DNA of 64,000 nucleotides from an uncultured SAR86 cluster bacterium (GTDB lineage: Bacteria; Pseudomonadota; Gammaproteobacteria; Magnimaribacterales; D2472). Of this stretch, positions 63,703 through 64,000 are shown in pieces. The stretch is from NCBI GenBank assembly GCA_964276235.1, contig CAXYEK010000002.1:69216-133215 (forward strand). The letters run 5' to 3'. The position numbers and the translations under genes are program-made. How positions within the stretch are numbered: the stretch's first letter is position 1; every line of letters begins with the position of its first letter. The notes beneath the pieces were generated by a model. It was not told where the DNA came from. It saw nothing but the letters and a program-made list of their open reading frames with translations, and searched no databases.

Positions 63703-64000
63703 ATGAATTACACAAAAAAATTATATATTTTTATAACTTTACTTACTGTCCCATCAATCAATGCATTAGATTTATATTATCCAAACGAAGTATGGGAGGA
63801 AACATCCCCTGAAAGCCAAAATGTTGACTCTGTTAAAGTTCAAAAATTAATTGATTTATCTTTTGAAGATGATTCAACAATGAGCGTCTTAATAATTAAA
63901 AATGGAAAGATAATTGGTGAAAAGTATGCTGAAGGTTATGACTTAAATTCATATGGCACTTCATGGTCCATGGCAAAAAGTTTTTATGCTGCATTAATAG
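63703..64000 (+). CDS. beta-lactamase-related serine hydrolase, N-terminal part (runs off the window end)
   Basis: Own translation from ATG 63703, preceded by aaggaga: MNYTKKLYIFITLLTVPSINA...IIKNGKIIGEKYAEGYDLNSYGTSWSMAKSF. Signal peptide plus S-x-x-K (SMAK). Confidence 0.65.
   Translation, partial: MNYTKKLYIFITLLTVPSINALDLYYPNEVWEETSPESQNVDSVKVQKLIDLSFEDDSTMSVLIIKNGKIIGEKYAEGYDLNSYGTSWSMAKSFYAALI

Overview
The window is an AT-rich (about one-third G+C by eye, not computed), very gene-dense stretch. It looks like core chromosome of a streamlined marine gammaproteobacterium. That assignment is an inference from synteny: mltF-like<>purL divergent, alaS-lysC, yfjD/ypjD next to rpsP-rimM-trmD-rplS, and xerD-dsbC-(aminotransferase)-hom-thrC-prfB-lysS. 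I count about 65 protein genes and 4 tRNAs (Asn-GUU, Ser-GCU, Leu-UAG, Val-GAC). There is no rRNA, CRISPR array, transposase, phage gene or recognisable defence gene. Many genes overlap by 1-4 nt at start/stop, and several convergent pairs have 0-6 nt gaps or overlap.

The content is mainly housekeeping:
- DNA repair: umuDC with a perfect SOS box, uvrB, sbcB, a minimal MGMT.
- Nucleotide and amino-acid synthesis: purL, lysC, hom, thrC.
- Translation: alaS, lysS, prfB, S16/RimM/TrmD/L19.
- Arginine biosynthesis: a Xanthomonas/Bacteroidetes-type cluster, argF'-argG-argA/B fusion-argC-argH.
- Catabolism: three acyl-CoA dehydrogenases, a secreted GH16 glucanase, a large secreted Zn-metalloprotease.
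- Also transporters and several small membrane proteins of unknown function.

I do not see a multi-gene novel system such as a defence island. The signals most worth follow-up are regulatory or structural:
1. A candidate arginine-codon leader-peptide attenuator sits directly upstream of the arg operon: a 15-codon ORF with tandem Arg codons, alternative 1:2/2:3/3:4 pairings, and a terminator 20 nt before argF'.
2. The same 30-bp tandem repeat, encoding ([10 protein letters not shown])n, forms a long acidic C-terminal tail on S16 and a long acidic N-terminal extension on L19. The two arrays bracket rimM-trmD as direct repeats.
3. Four frame disruptions are present: two inside those repeats, and one each in short A-runs of fpr and a yrbG-like antiporter. 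They may be sequencing or assembly artefacts rather than biology.
4. A perfect 18-bp palindrome matching the ARG-box consensus lies upstream of an SDR gene.
5. Two tiny membrane ORFs are translationally coupled to a pseudoazurin gene.

All functional calls come from by-eye motif and family recognition on the supplied translations. No database search was run.
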